A DNA stretch of 24,000 nt, from positions 9,298-33,297 of the forward strand of contig JAIFWC010000002.1 of assembly GCA_019662065.1 (NCBI GenBank), given 5' to 3'. Below the pieces are notes generated by a model. That model was not told where the DNA came from. It did no database searches and saw nothing but the letters and a program-made list of their open reading frames with translations. The number at the start of each line of letters is the position of its first letter. Position 1 is the stretch's first letter. This document shows positions 15,098 to 24,000 of this stretch, piece after piece. This stretch comes from Candidatus Saccharimonadota bacterium. GTDB lineage: Bacteria > Patescibacteriota > Saccharimonadia > Saccharimonadales > UBA10212. The position numbers and the translations under genes are program-made.

Positions 15098-15628
15098 TTG
15101 GCTGGTAAAAATGTGGCTGTGATGGCTACAGACTATTTTGAAGAAGCCGAGCTGACAGAGCCTGTAAAGGCTTTGCGTGAAGCCGGCGCTAAAGTTGAGA
15201 TCATCGCTCCTAAAGCTGGTGAAATTAAGGGCTTAAAGCATGTCGAACTCGGAAAGAGCGTAAGGGTGGATAAAACTTTAGACGAAGCTAATGCCGATGA
15301 TTACGACGCCCTGGTATTGCCCGGTGGGGCTATAAATGCCGACCACTTACGGATGGAGGAAAAAGCCCGCCAATTTGTAATTAAGATGATGGATGAGCAA
15401 ACTAAGCCAACGGCTGTAATTTGCCATGCTCCCTGGATGTTGGTGTCTGCCCACTTGGCGCGTGGTAAAAAACTGACCAGCTTCTTTACGATTCAGGATG
15501 ATATGCGCAACGCCGGGGCCGATTGGGTAGATGAGCAGGTAGTAATTGACGGCAATCTGATAACCAGCCGTAACCCAGACGACCTGCCGGCATTCAATAA
15601 AGCTATTATCTCAGCTATAGGAGGTTAG
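15098..15628 (+). CDS. DJ-1/PfpI family protein (class I glutamine amidotransferase-like)
   Basis: VAVMATDYFEEAELTEPVKALREAGAKVEIIAPKAG...DALVLPGG...AVICHAPWMLVSA; TTG start with GGAGG upstream. Confidence 0.93.
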   Translation: MAGKNVAVMATDYFEEAELTEPVKALREAGAKVEIIAPKAGEIKGLKHVELGKSVRVDKTLDEANADDYDALVLPGGAINADHLRMEEKARQFVIKMMDEQTKPTAVICHAPWMLVSAHLARGKKLTSFFTIQDDMRNAGADWVDEQVVIDGNLITSRNPDDLPAFNKAIISAIGG

Positions 15629-15632
15629 GTTA

Positions 15633-16805
15633 ATGCCAAAACTGCCCGGCAAAGATACTTCTTTATGGCTGGATACAACACCAAAAACTAATTTTACTGA
15701 ACTGGCTGACTTAAAACATACGCTGGACGTTGCAGTAGTCGGCGGTGGGATTGCCGGGATTTTAACGGCTTGGTATTTGCAACAAATCGGACTTAAGGTG
15801 GCCATTATCGAAAAGGCCCGGATTATCGAGAACACCACCGGTAATACCACCGCTAAGCTCACCTCCCAGCACAATTTAGTCTATGCTTATCTAATACGGC
15901 AGCACGGCCGCCCAGCCGCCCGGGCTTTTGGCGAAGCCAATCAGCAAGCCATAGAAGATATATTCAATCTTTCAAAACAGCTGGCAATTGATTGTGATTT
16001 TGAGCGGGCTGAAGCTTACGTCTTTACTCAACGGAAGGATAAGCTGGAGGCTATTAAACAAGAAACCGAGGCCGCCAAAAGCCTGGGCTTGCCGGCCAGC
16101 TTTGAAACCAAAACTGACTTACCATTTTCAGTCAAGGGTGCTATTAAATTTGCTAATCAGGCCCAATTCCACCCCCGTAAATTCTTATTAGGGGTAATAG
16201 CTGAGCTAAGAAAAAATAAAGTACCGATTTTTGAGCAGACTGAAGCCCTAGACATTAAACCGGGCTCCGTTGCCATCTTAAAAACCAATAAGGGCGAACT
16301 AAAAGCTAAGTACATTGTGGGGGCTACAAAATACCCATTCTGGCGCCAAGATTTGTTTGAGGATAAGACTTGGGTTAAATTATCTTACGCCCTTGGGGTA
16401 CTGCTAAAAGGTGATTATCCCCAACAGATGTATATTTCGGCTGAAGAGCCGGTCCGGACCATCCGCTCGCATCCCTATAAAGCTGGCCGGATATTAATTT
16501 TTGGCGGCGAAAGCCACTTAATGACCAAGGACTACAACAAAGACGAACACTATCAAAATTTGATTGACGATGTTAAGCGGAAGTTCAAAGTTAAACAGAT
16601 AGTTTATAGGTGGATTGCTGGCGATATGATGCCTAACGATAAGATGCCATACATCGGCGCCTATCCAGGGGAGAGTAACATTTTTGTAATCACTGGTTTC
16701 CATGCGTGGGGTTTGGGCTGGGGAATGGCCGCCGCCCAAATGATCAGAGATGAAATAGCCAAGCAGCCGAACCAATATAAGCAATTCTTTAGCCTGTCTC
16801 GCTAA
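15633..16805 (+). CDS. FAD-dependent oxidoreductase (DAO family)
   Basis: DVAVVGGGIAGILTAWYLQQIGLKVAIIEK dinucleotide-binding motif; ...NIFVITGFHAWGLGWGMAAAQMI at the C-terminus. Confidence 0.9.
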   Translation: MPKLPGKDTSLWLDTTPKTNFTELADLKHTLDVAVVGGGIAGILTAWYLQQIGLKVAIIEKARIIENTTGNTTAKLTSQHNLVYAYLIRQHGRPAARAFGEANQQAIEDIFNLSKQLAIDCDFERAEAYVFTQRKDKLEAIKQETEAAKSLGLPASFETKTDLPFSVKGAIKFANQAQFHPRKFLLGVIAELRKNKVPIFEQTEALDIKPGSVAILKTNKGELKAKYIVGATKYPFWRQDLFEDKTWVKLSYALGVLLKGDYPQQMYISAEEPVRTIRSHPYKAGRILIFGGESHLMTKDYNKDEHYQNLIDDVKRKFKVKQIVYRWIAGDMMPNDKMPYIGAYPGESNIFVITGFHAWGLGWGMAAAQMIRDEIAKQPNQYKQFFSLSR

Positions 16806-16837
16806 AAAGAGTTAAGGTTTTTGCTAATATAATGCCT

Positions 16838-17713
16838 ATGAAGCTCAATATCGAACCAGGTACGTATGTAGTGGCCGTTAGCGGCGGCGTCGACTCTGTG
16901 GTGTTGCTAGATTTACTGTCTAGGAGGCCGGGGCTTAAACTGATTGTGGCTCATTTTAATCACGGAATTAGAAGTGATTCGGCAGAAGATGAGAAATTGG
17001 TCAAACGCACGGCCAGAAACTACGGTTTAAAGTTTGAAGCTACCAATGGCCAGCTGGGAGTTGTGAGTGAAGAAATCGCCAGAAAAGCCCGCTATGTTTT
17101 CCTGGAGGCTATTAAAGCCAAGTATCAGGCTCAGGCTATTATCACGGCTCATCATCAGGACGACTTGATTGAAACAACCATGATTAATTTACTGCGCGGT
17201 ACTGGACGCCAGGGCTTATCGTCAATTATTAATAATCAAAAAATTATCCGGCCACTTTTGAATGTGTCAAAGCAGTCGATTCTGGAATATGCGCATCAGC
17301 ATAATTTAGAGTGGCAGGAAGATTCAACAAACCAAAATCCAGATTACCTAAGGAACTATTTGAGACTAAAGGTATTAATGAAATTAAATAAAAAGCAAAG
17401 AGAAATTCTTATCTGTAATATCGAAAAAGTCGCAAAAATTAATAATTCTTTAGATAATGAATTTGCGAAATTATCGCATAATATTGGTCAAACTGAGATT
17501 GATCGGCAAGCTTTTTCTAAACTGCCAGCCGAGGTTGGTACCGAATATATGGCTTATCTACTTAGACAGTGCCAGATTAAAGACTACGACTCTACGACAA
17601 TTAACCGTCTCAGCTTGTCGATCAAGACATCTAAACCTAATACAGCTCAACCGATTAGGCAACTACAGTCGCTTAAACTGACTGCCGCTACTGCCACTAT
17701 CGCAACTTCTTAG
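16838..17713 (+). CDS. tilS: tRNA(Ile)-lysidine synthase-like
   Basis: VVAVSGGVDSVVLLDLL PP-loop, AHFNHGIRSDSAEDE, ITAHHQDDLIETTMINLLRGTG, NQNPDYLRNYLR. Confidence 0.92.
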   Translation: MKLNIEPGTYVVAVSGGVDSVVLLDLLSRRPGLKLIVAHFNHGIRSDSAEDEKLVKRTARNYGLKFEATNGQLGVVSEEIARKARYVFLEAIKAKYQAQAIITAHHQDDLIETTMINLLRGTGRQGLSSIINNQKIIRPLLNVSKQSILEYAHQHNLEWQEDSTNQNPDYLRNYLRLKVLMKLNKKQREILICNIEKVAKINNSLDNEFAKLSHNIGQTEIDRQAFSKLPAEVGTEYMAYLLRQCQIKDYDSTTINRLSLSIKTSKPNTAQPIRQLQSLKLTAATATIATS

Positions 17714-17761
17714 CCTAAGGGGTCGCAAACTAACCGTTGCAACTGATATAATAACTTTGAT

Positions 17762-19633
17762 ATGGAGAAAAAGCCTTTCCGCTTGAGTGGCGGCCGGGGA
17801 GACGGTCGCGGCAACCGCTTTAAGAATGCGGGGTTTGTTGCCTTGATAATTCTGTTTGGCATGATTGTTTATGCGGCTCTGAACCAACCCAGTCCACTAA
17901 AGACCGTGCCCTTCTCTCAGGTAGTGGCTCAGGCTAACAATGGCCAAATTAAGCGGATTGAGGTTAATGGCGACCAAACCTTAGAAATTACACCGGTAGG
18001 GCAGAACCATCCGACAGAGAAGTCTTATAAAGAAGCGGGCTCCAGCATTTACGAGCAGGGTCTAAAACAGGGCAAGGTAGAGTTAGTCAATAAGCCGCAA
18101 TCAGATAACAATGGCATCTGGATTACTCTTTTGGGTAGCGTACTGCCAATTGTGATTATCGCTGGGATATTAATTTTGATGTTCCGTAGCGCCCAGGGCC
18201 AGGGTAACCAGGCGTTGAGCTTTGGCAAAAGCCGCGCCCGGTTATACGGTAACGAGAAGGATAAGATTAACTTTAAAGAAGTCGCCGGCAACGAAGAGGC
18301 CAAGCAAGACCTCCAAGAAGTGGTGGAGTTTTTGAAATACCCTAAAAAGTTTGAAGGGGTAGGAGCCAAAATTCCTAAAGGAGTGCTGCTGGTAGGGCCA
18401 CCGGGTACCGGTAAGACACTGTTGGCCCGGGCAGTGGCCGGTGAAGCTAATGCGCCATTTTTCAGCATCAGTGGTTCGGAATTTGTAGAAATGTTTGTCG
18501 GTGTCGGGGCCAGTCGAGTGCGCGACCTGTTTAATAAGGCCAAAAAGAACGCACCCTGCATCATTTTTATAGATGAGATTGATGCTGTAGGCCGCCGACG
18601 TGGCTCAGGTATGGGCGGTGGCCACGACGAACGTGAGCAAACCCTCAATCAAATCCTAGTAGAGATGGATGGTTTTGAGCAAGGCCAAAACGTCATTGTG
18701 TTAGCAGCCACTAACCGCTCAGATGTACTTGACCCAGCCTTGCTGCGACCAGGCCGGTTTGACCGCCGGGTAAATATTGATTTGCCAGACCGCAAAGACC
18801 GTGAAGCTATCTTAAAAGTTCATTTCAGTGAAAAGCCGGTCAGCAAGGACGTTGACCTGAATTCACTGGCGGCCAAAAGCGCTGGCTCATCCGGTGCTGA
18901 TTTAGCCAACATCGCTAATGAGGCTGCTATATTGGCCGCCCGCCATAACCGCAAAGTAATTGAGAACGAAGACGTAGTTTCGGCCTTTGAAAAAGTGGCC
19001 ATCGGACCAGAGCGCAAAAGTAAGATTATGAGCGAGAAAGAGAAAGAACTAACAGCCTACCATGAAGCTGGTCATGCAGTCGTAGGACATGTTTTGCCAG
19101 ATAGCGATATGGTCCATAAAGTCACCATCATTCCACGCGGCGGCACTGGTGGCGTAACCTGGTTTATCCCTCCAGAAGATAAAAGCTACCACAGTATTAT
19201 CGAGTACAAAGATGTCCTGGCTAGGATGCTGGGTGGCCGGGTAGCCGAGGAAGTAGTTTACGGCCATGATAGAGTGACCACTGGCGCCGGCAGCGACCTG
19301 CAAAAGGCTGCCGAACTGGCCCGTGATATGGTGGTTAACCAGGGTATGGGCCGCAAGCTGCGCGACCAAGTCTTCCATGTAGAAGAGGGCATGATGCTAG
19401 AACGAATGGTCCACGAGCGTCAGTATTCCGACGAAACTGCCAAAATTATCGACGATGAAGTCGAAGCCTTGATTACCGAAGCTGCAAACCGGGCCCGGAC
19501 AGTTGTCAAAGCCAACTTGCACAAACTAGAAGAACTCAAAAAGGCCCTGTTAGATAAAGAGACCGTCGAAGCCAAAGAAGTCGTCAAACTCCTCGAGGGT
19601 TCACACATGCCCAAAGCTGCCGCTTTGTACTAG
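17762..19633 (+). CDS. ftsH: ATP-dependent zinc metalloprotease FtsH
   Basis: [45 protein letters not shown]. Confidence 0.98.
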   Translation: MEKKPFRLSGGRGDGRGNRFKNAGFVALIILFGMIVYAALNQPSPLKTVPFSQVVAQANNGQIKRIEVNGDQTLEITPVGQNHPTEKSYKEAGSSIYEQGLKQGKVELVNKPQSDNNGIWITLLGSVLPIVIIAGILILMFRSAQGQGNQALSFGKSRARLYGNEKDKINFKEVAGNEEAKQDLQEVVEFLKYPKKFEGVGAKIPKGVLLVGPPGTGKTLLARAVAGEANAPFFSISGSEFVEMFVGVGASRVRDLFNKAKKNAPCIIFIDEIDAVGRRRGSGMGGGHDEREQTLNQILVEMDGFEQGQNVIVLAATNRSDVLDPALLRPGRFDRRVNIDLPDRKDREAILKVHFSEKPVSKDVDLNSLAAKSAGSSGADLANIANEAAILAARHNRKVIENEDVVSAFEKVAIGPERKSKIMSEKEKELTAYHEAGHAVVGHVLPDSDMVHKVTIIPRGGTGGVTWFIPPEDKSYHSIIEYKDVLARMLGGRVAEEVVYGHDRVTTGAGSDLQKAAELARDMVVNQGMGRKLRDQVFHVEEGMMLERMVHERQYSDETAKIIDDEVEALITEAANRARTVVKANLHKLEELKKALLDKETVEAKEVVKLLEGSHMPKAAALY

Positions 19634-19655
19634 TGCGAAATGTTAGAATACACTT

Positions 19656-19766
19656 ATGGCGATTGAGCGGATTATAAACAGAAATAAGACACCCCTTCGG
19701 GGTTTCTTATCGCGCCGGGTACGGAATCAATCCGCCACTCGGGCTACCTTCCCGAAAGGTGATTGA
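19656..19766 (+). CDS. 36-aa upstream ORF whose start duplicates the RuvB N-terminus
   Basis: [36 protein letters not shown]; TGA 1 nt before the RuvB GTG at 19768. Confidence 0.4.
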   Translation: MAIERIINRNKTPLRGFLSRRVRNQSATRATFPKGD

Positions 19767-19767
19767 A

Positions 19768-20793
19768 GTGGCTATAGAAAGAATTATAAACACATCGGCT
19801 AAAGATGAACCCGAAGAGCAAGAGTTAGAACAAACATTGCGGCCACGTGACTTTAAAAGTTACGTGGGCCAAGAGCGTTTAAAGAAAAACCTCAAACTGG
19901 CAATCAGTGCTGCCAAAAAACGCGGTGAGCCGATTGACCACGTGCTGCTTTATGGGCCGCCGGGGTTGGGCAAAACAACCATGGCCACGGTGATCGCCAA
20001 CGAGATGGGCGCCCAAATCAGGGTAACTAGCGGCCCGGCGATCGAGCGGGCTGGCGATTTGGCATCTTTGCTGACTAACTTGCAAGACAGCGATATTTTA
20101 TTCATTGATGAAATTCACCGCTTGCATCGGGTTGTAGAGGAAGTCTTATATTCGGCGATGGAAGATTTTAAGCTCGATATTATGTTGGGCAAAGGCCCCA
20201 GCGCCCGCAGTCTACGGCTAGATTTGCCTAAATTTACTATCATTGGCGCTACCACCCGTACTGGTGCCTTAGCGGCGCCATTGCGTGATCGGTTTGGCAT
20301 GATCCACCGCCTGGAATTTTATGAACCAGATGAGATCAAGCAGATTATCAAGCGCTCGGCAGCGATTTTGAAGGTGCCAGTTGATGATGAAGCCGCCGGA
20401 CTGCTCGCCGGTCGGGCCCGCCTGACACCGCGGATTGCCAACCGGCTGCTAAAACGGGTACGCGATTATGCCGATATTAACGGTGATGGAATTATTGATG
20501 CCAAAATTGCCACCGAAGCGCTAGGTTTATTAGAAATAGATTCACTCGGCCTAGATCCAGCCGACCGCAGCATTTTGGTGGCGATTATGGAACACCACAA
20601 CGGCGGCCCGGTAGGTGTAGAGACTCTGGCCGCGCTGACCGCCGAAGAACGCACCACCATTGAAGATTTTTACGAGCCATATCTGATGCAAATTGGCTTA
20701 TTGGAGCGCACGCCGCGCGGCCGTAAAGTTACCCATCGGGCTTGGGAACATCTCGGAAAGAAACCGGCCAAAACTCAGCCATCTTTACTGTAA
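19768..20793 (+). CDS. ruvB: Holliday junction DNA helicase RuvB
   Basis: [50 protein letters not shown]...IDEIHRL; GTG at 19768 with AAGGTG upstream, alternative GTG at 19759. Confidence 0.97.
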   Translation: MAIERIINTSAKDEPEEQELEQTLRPRDFKSYVGQERLKKNLKLAISAAKKRGEPIDHVLLYGPPGLGKTTMATVIANEMGAQIRVTSGPAIERAGDLASLLTNLQDSDILFIDEIHRLHRVVEEVLYSAMEDFKLDIMLGKGPSARSLRLDLPKFTIIGATTRTGALAAPLRDRFGMIHRLEFYEPDEIKQIIKRSAAILKVPVDDEAAGLLAGRARLTPRIANRLLKRVRDYADINGDGIIDAKIATEALGLLEIDSLGLDPADRSILVAIMEHHNGGPVGVETLAALTAEERTTIEDFYEPYLMQIGLLERTPRGRKVTHRAWEHLGKKPAKTQPSLL

Positions 20794-20812
20794 ATCCTAT
20801 ATAATCTAGCCA

Positions 20813-21412
20813 ATGGCAGAAAAACCTAACCCTCCGGCGACACCTCCGCCGCTAACTGGGCTATCCGCCTTACCCGAAGCCGACATGCTGGAGCCGGGCG
20901 AGAGCATTGTAACTGTGATTCATCGTTCATTGATTGGGCTGGTCGGCATATACTTAGTTGCGATTGCGGCCGTAGGGGCTATATTTACATTGCTGATTGC
21001 AATTTCTCCGGACACCTTTGATACCGAGAGCGCCACCATATCACCTACTTTGAGTGCCATCATGATATTGGGGGCTATCCTATTAGTGCTGATTTTATTT
21101 GCAGCCACCTACATCTACCGCCAAAGCCGATTGATACTGACTGACAGAAGTCTCTTACAAATTATGCAAAAATCGCTTTTTATCAGAAAAGCCTCCAGGT
21201 TAAGCTATTCTAATGTTGAGGATGTCAGCGCTGAGCAAAGGGGTATATTGGCCAGCTTGTTTAGCTACGGCACTTTAATGATCCAAACTGCCGGCGAGCG
21301 GGATAATTTTGATTTTAGTCTCTGTCCCAACCCTAATGAACTAGCCGACCGAATAATCGAAGAACGCCAAAAATATGCTGAAAGCATTAAAGAAGAGAAC
21401 GAACGCCATTAA
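20813..21412 (+). CDS. Membrane-anchored bacterial PH-domain protein
   Basis: Two TM segments followed by YRQSRLILTDRSLLQIMQKSLFIRKASRLSYSNVEDVSAEQRGILASLFSYGTLMIQTAG. Confidence 0.75.
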   Translation: MAEKPNPPATPPPLTGLSALPEADMLEPGESIVTVIHRSLIGLVGIYLVAIAAVGAIFTLLIAISPDTFDTESATISPTLSAIMILGAILLVLILFAATYIYRQSRLILTDRSLLQIMQKSLFIRKASRLSYSNVEDVSAEQRGILASLFSYGTLMIQTAGERDNFDFSLCPNPNELADRIIEERQKYAESIKEENERH

Positions 21413-21441
21413 ATACTTAACAAGTTAAGTATAGCTAATAG

Positions 21442-21747
21442 CTACTCTTGGAAAGGGTTGTTGCGGGCGGATTCAAATAGAGCGTGGATATCTGTATTAT
21501 TTTGCTCAAGCGATTGGATTTGATTAACGGCGTTTTTGTCGACTTTAGGAATAGAGGTGGTAACTGTTACTTCTTGATCGGGTCCGGGCTCTGCCTTGGC
21601 CAGATTACTGATTTTGAAAACTATAATTAGGTATACCAGCAGCACGCCAAAGACAGCTGCAAAAATTATATGCTTACTAAATCGGCCAAAGTATTTTTTA
21701 ATTAACGGCCTAAAGTTTAGTGATTTTAAATCGATATTTTTACTCAT
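21442..21747 (-). CDS. Small membrane protein of the pilMNO cluster
   Basis: 101 aa, one TM, 4-nt overlap with the upstream PilO-like gene. Confidence 0.7.
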   Translation of the reverse strand: MSKNIDLKSLNFRPLIKKYFGRFSKHIIFAAVFGVLLVYLIIVFKISNLAKAEPGPDQEVTVTTSIPKVDKNAVNQIQSLEQNNTDIHALFESARNNPFQE

Positions 21748-22397
21748 GGCTTGATAAATATGTTAATAGTCAGCGTGAAGGTAAGGGACGTTTTGCCGTT
21801 AGCCGGCTGGATGGTCACTTGAGTAATTTGGGCGGTGTGGCGATTATTCTCAATCCGGTGCAAGAAACTGAGCATTTTATCGTAAGTTACTTGCTTGCTG
21901 GGAGCGGCAGTATTGCTGGATTCGGGCGTGATTATAAGCTCAAGGCTGTATAGGCCAGGAATGCCGGTGACTGGTTTGGCTTGGCTAATAGCTGCTGAAG
22001 ATGAGCTAGCCGAAGTGGCGTCCTGTTGGGTGGGCGTAGTAGTAGTGCGCAGGCCAAGAGTGCTGGCGGGGAAGGTTATGCTTTGAATCGAAATACCAGA
22101 TTGGCTAGCCATTTGATTGATTTCCAGGACTGCTTGAGCCTGGTCCTTGTCGTTAGGAATAACGGTTTTGGCAACATCTTTAAAGTATGAATATTTCTCG
22201 ATATCTTTTTTAGTTTGTTCAAGATTAGATAGCTGGGCATCGGCTGTCTCACTTTGGACTCTTAAATCAACCATTTTCTTACTCTCGCTGCCAAGGGTAG
22301 AGAGACCGGCTAACATAACTCCAAAAAAACCAACAATTGATAGGGCTAAGACTCCAAGTAACAGTAATCGCAACCGTTTACTATCAAGCTTAATCAT
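21744..22397 (-). CDS. PilO-like type IV pilus assembly protein
   Basis: N-terminal TM, coiled coil, ferredoxin-like C-terminal region; position after PilM/PilN. Confidence 0.72.
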   Translation of the reverse strand: MIKLDSKRLRLLLLGVLALSIVGFFGVMLAGLSTLGSESKKMVDLRVQSETADAQLSNLEQTKKDIEKYSYFKDVAKTVIPNDKDQAQAVLEINQMASQSGISIQSITFPASTLGLRTTTTPTQQDATSASSSSAAISQAKPVTGIPGLYSLELIITPESSNTAAPSKQVTYDKMLSFLHRIENNRHTAQITQVTIQPANGKTSLTFTLTINIFIKP

Positions 22398-22990
22398 TGG
22401 GACCCCTTAGGTACGCTTAAGAAGCGGTTCTTGGCATCAGCTGAAAACAGGGCTTTAAATGTAGCGCCACATTTATAAACAGTTTGATCGAGAGTAGTTG
22501 TGCAGTTAATGGCGATAATATCAACTTTGGAAAACAACTTATTTTTAGAGCCACTTAAATTAACGGCAATTTGGGCCGCCGAAGCATAGTCTTTAGCGCT
22601 GGCGCTTAAGTCCAGCGTGCCATTGATTTGGGTCAAACTGAGCGTACCCAATACAGTGCCGGGCGGCATATCGTTACCAATCGCCTGGATAAGATCGGAA
22701 AAACGGATCTCAGTACCAAGCACTTGGTTAATGACCTTGATATCACCGGTGATTTCTTTAGCGTCTTTTTGCACTTTAGCCAAATTTTGAGCTTTAAGCT
22801 GCTGATTAGTGATATCAATATTTTTTTGCAGGGTTTTAGATTGCTGGTTAATGTATAGCCAGCCGCCAGCTAGGATGATCACTAGGCCAACCATCGCTAT
22901 CGCGACGCCAATCAGCCAGTTGCGGAGGATGGTATTTTGCCGGCCGTAGCGTATAGATTCGGCATAAGTTGTCGGCAGTAAATTGATCAT
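22394..22990 (-). CDS. PilN-like type IV pilus assembly protein
   Basis: MINLLPTTYAESIRYGRQN..LRNWLIGVAIAMVGLVIILAGGWLY is a classic PilN start. Confidence 0.85.
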   Translation of the reverse strand: MINLLPTTYAESIRYGRQNTILRNWLIGVAIAMVGLVIILAGGWLYINQQSKTLQKNIDITNQQLKAQNLAKVQKDAKEITGDIKVINQVLGTEIRFSDLIQAIGNDMPPGTVLGTLSLTQINGTLDLSASAKDYASAAQIAVNLSGSKNKLFSKVDIIAINCTTTLDQTVYKCGATFKALFSADAKNRFLSVPKGSQ

Positions 22991-23985
22991 TGCAAGGCCT
23001 CGGCCGGGTTTACTAAAGCTTCGCCAGCCGCGATGATATAACCAGCTCGTTCGGCTTCGTTAGGAACCGGCAGTTGACCGAACTTAATCGTCTGCCAAGG
23101 ATCCAGGTTTTGGGTTGGTAAGCGCAGTTGTTTTGATAAGTATTGATTAAAACCGGGCATAACAGAGCCGCCACCAACAGTGATAATCTGCGAAATTTCA
23201 CCACCAGATTTAGTGCCGCGCTCGGCATAAAACCGAATCGATTTTTCGATGGCTCCAATTAGAATATCCAGGCTAGGCTTAATGGCATCGATAATTCGCT
23301 GTTGGCGTTCGCTATAAGAAATTCCATACTCGTCTTTTAAATCAGCAGCCTGTTGTTCGCTCAAATGCAGTTGCTGTGCAATTAGCTCAGTCATGTTTTG
23401 ACCGCCGGTACTAACCGTACTGGCTACCAGCAAGGTTTTATCGTATACGGCAATATCAGATGTAACCGAACCAATATCAACAATGATAGCGGTTTCGGAC
23501 TGAGACACGCCCATCATCTGGACAATCCGCGAGGCGGCATTGATGGTCGGTTCAAAAGCGACTGGCTCCAGCTGCAGAGCTTCGAGCGTTCGATGGTAGC
23601 TATCAACGATATTTTTAGAAACCGCTACTAGCAACAGTTCCATACCGGCTGGGTCCCTATGGGTAATTTCGTAATCCAGATATAAGTTGTTAAGTGGAAT
23701 TGGTATATACTGCTCGGCTTCAAGATGGATAGCATCCATGATAGCCTCGTGGTCCATAAGCGGTATCTTCATTGGCCGGCTAAAGGTCCGCGAAGCCGGT
23801 AAGCTGCAAGCCACCCGTCGGCTATTGATAGTGCCAGCCAAACTTTTTTCAAACAACTTGTGCATAGCCTCGGCAATAAGCTCTGGCTTAATAATCACAC
23901 CATTTTCAATTGCCTGGGCATCAAATTCACTGACGCCATAACCTAAAATATTCAAGGACTTGCCCGGCAGATTATTTACCTGCAT
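22987..23985 (-). CDS. pilM: PilM-like actin-fold type IV pilus assembly protein
   Basis: LEAEQYIPIPLNNLYLDYEI, AIVDIGSVTSDIAVYDK, GGGSVMPGFNQYLSKQL. Confidence 0.92.
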   Translation of the reverse strand: MQVNNLPGKSLNILGYGVSEFDAQAIENGVIIKPELIAEAMHKLFEKSLAGTINSRRVACSLPASRTFSRPMKIPLMDHEAIMDAIHLEAEQYIPIPLNNLYLDYEITHRDPAGMELLLVAVSKNIVDSYHRTLEALQLEPVAFEPTINAASRIVQMMGVSQSETAIIVDIGSVTSDIAVYDKTLLVASTVSTGGQNMTELIAQQLHLSEQQAADLKDEYGISYSERQQRIIDAIKPSLDILIGAIEKSIRFYAERGTKSGGEISQIITVGGGSVMPGFNQYLSKQLRLPTQNLDPWQTIKFGQLPVPNEAERAGYIIAAGEALVNPAEALQ

Positions 23986-24000
23986 GGCTTTTAAGCTAGA

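Overview
24 kb of compact bacterial chromosome. Gene content and style (small genome feel, comEC, ruvC-ruvA, Rpf/LysM protein, type IV pilus pilMNO, standard code with TGA stops) are consistent with a Saccharibacteria/CPR-type genome; that assignment is inference. Left to right: partial scramblase/LURP-one-like ORF (-), tRNA-Lys(-), a palindromic intergenic element, two tandem minus-strand monocistronic units encoding small secreted proteins that share promoter, leader and 3' architecture, GIY-YIG protein, ComEC, YebC, S51 peptidase, RuvC, RuvA, a 379-aa unknown, Dus, PCMT, a CAT-anticodon tRNA fused almost directly to a FtsB/DivIC-like gene, LysM+Rpf-like protein, tRNA-fMet, a LapA-like membrane protein, an interrupted partial copy of the tRNA-fMet 3' end, MBL hydrolase and OsmC (-), LUD protein (-) divergent from an HxlR regulator, RRM protein (-), a strong promoter/terminator unit with only a 26-codon ORF, tRNA-Met(-), acidic small protein (-), DJ-1/PfpI, FAD oxidoreductase, TilS, FtsH, RuvB, PH-domain protein, and a pilMNO-type cluster (-). 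The most unusual signals are (1) the twin secreted-protein transcription units at 840-2040, (2) the ruvB upstream mini-ORF whose 8-residue start repeats the RuvB N-terminus with only synonymous changes, (3) the split tRNA-fMet 3' copy at 11159-11246, (4) the tRNA-mRNA junction at 9168/9174, and (5) the orphan small-ORF transcript at 14263-14460. No CRISPR array, transposase or obvious defence locus was found.
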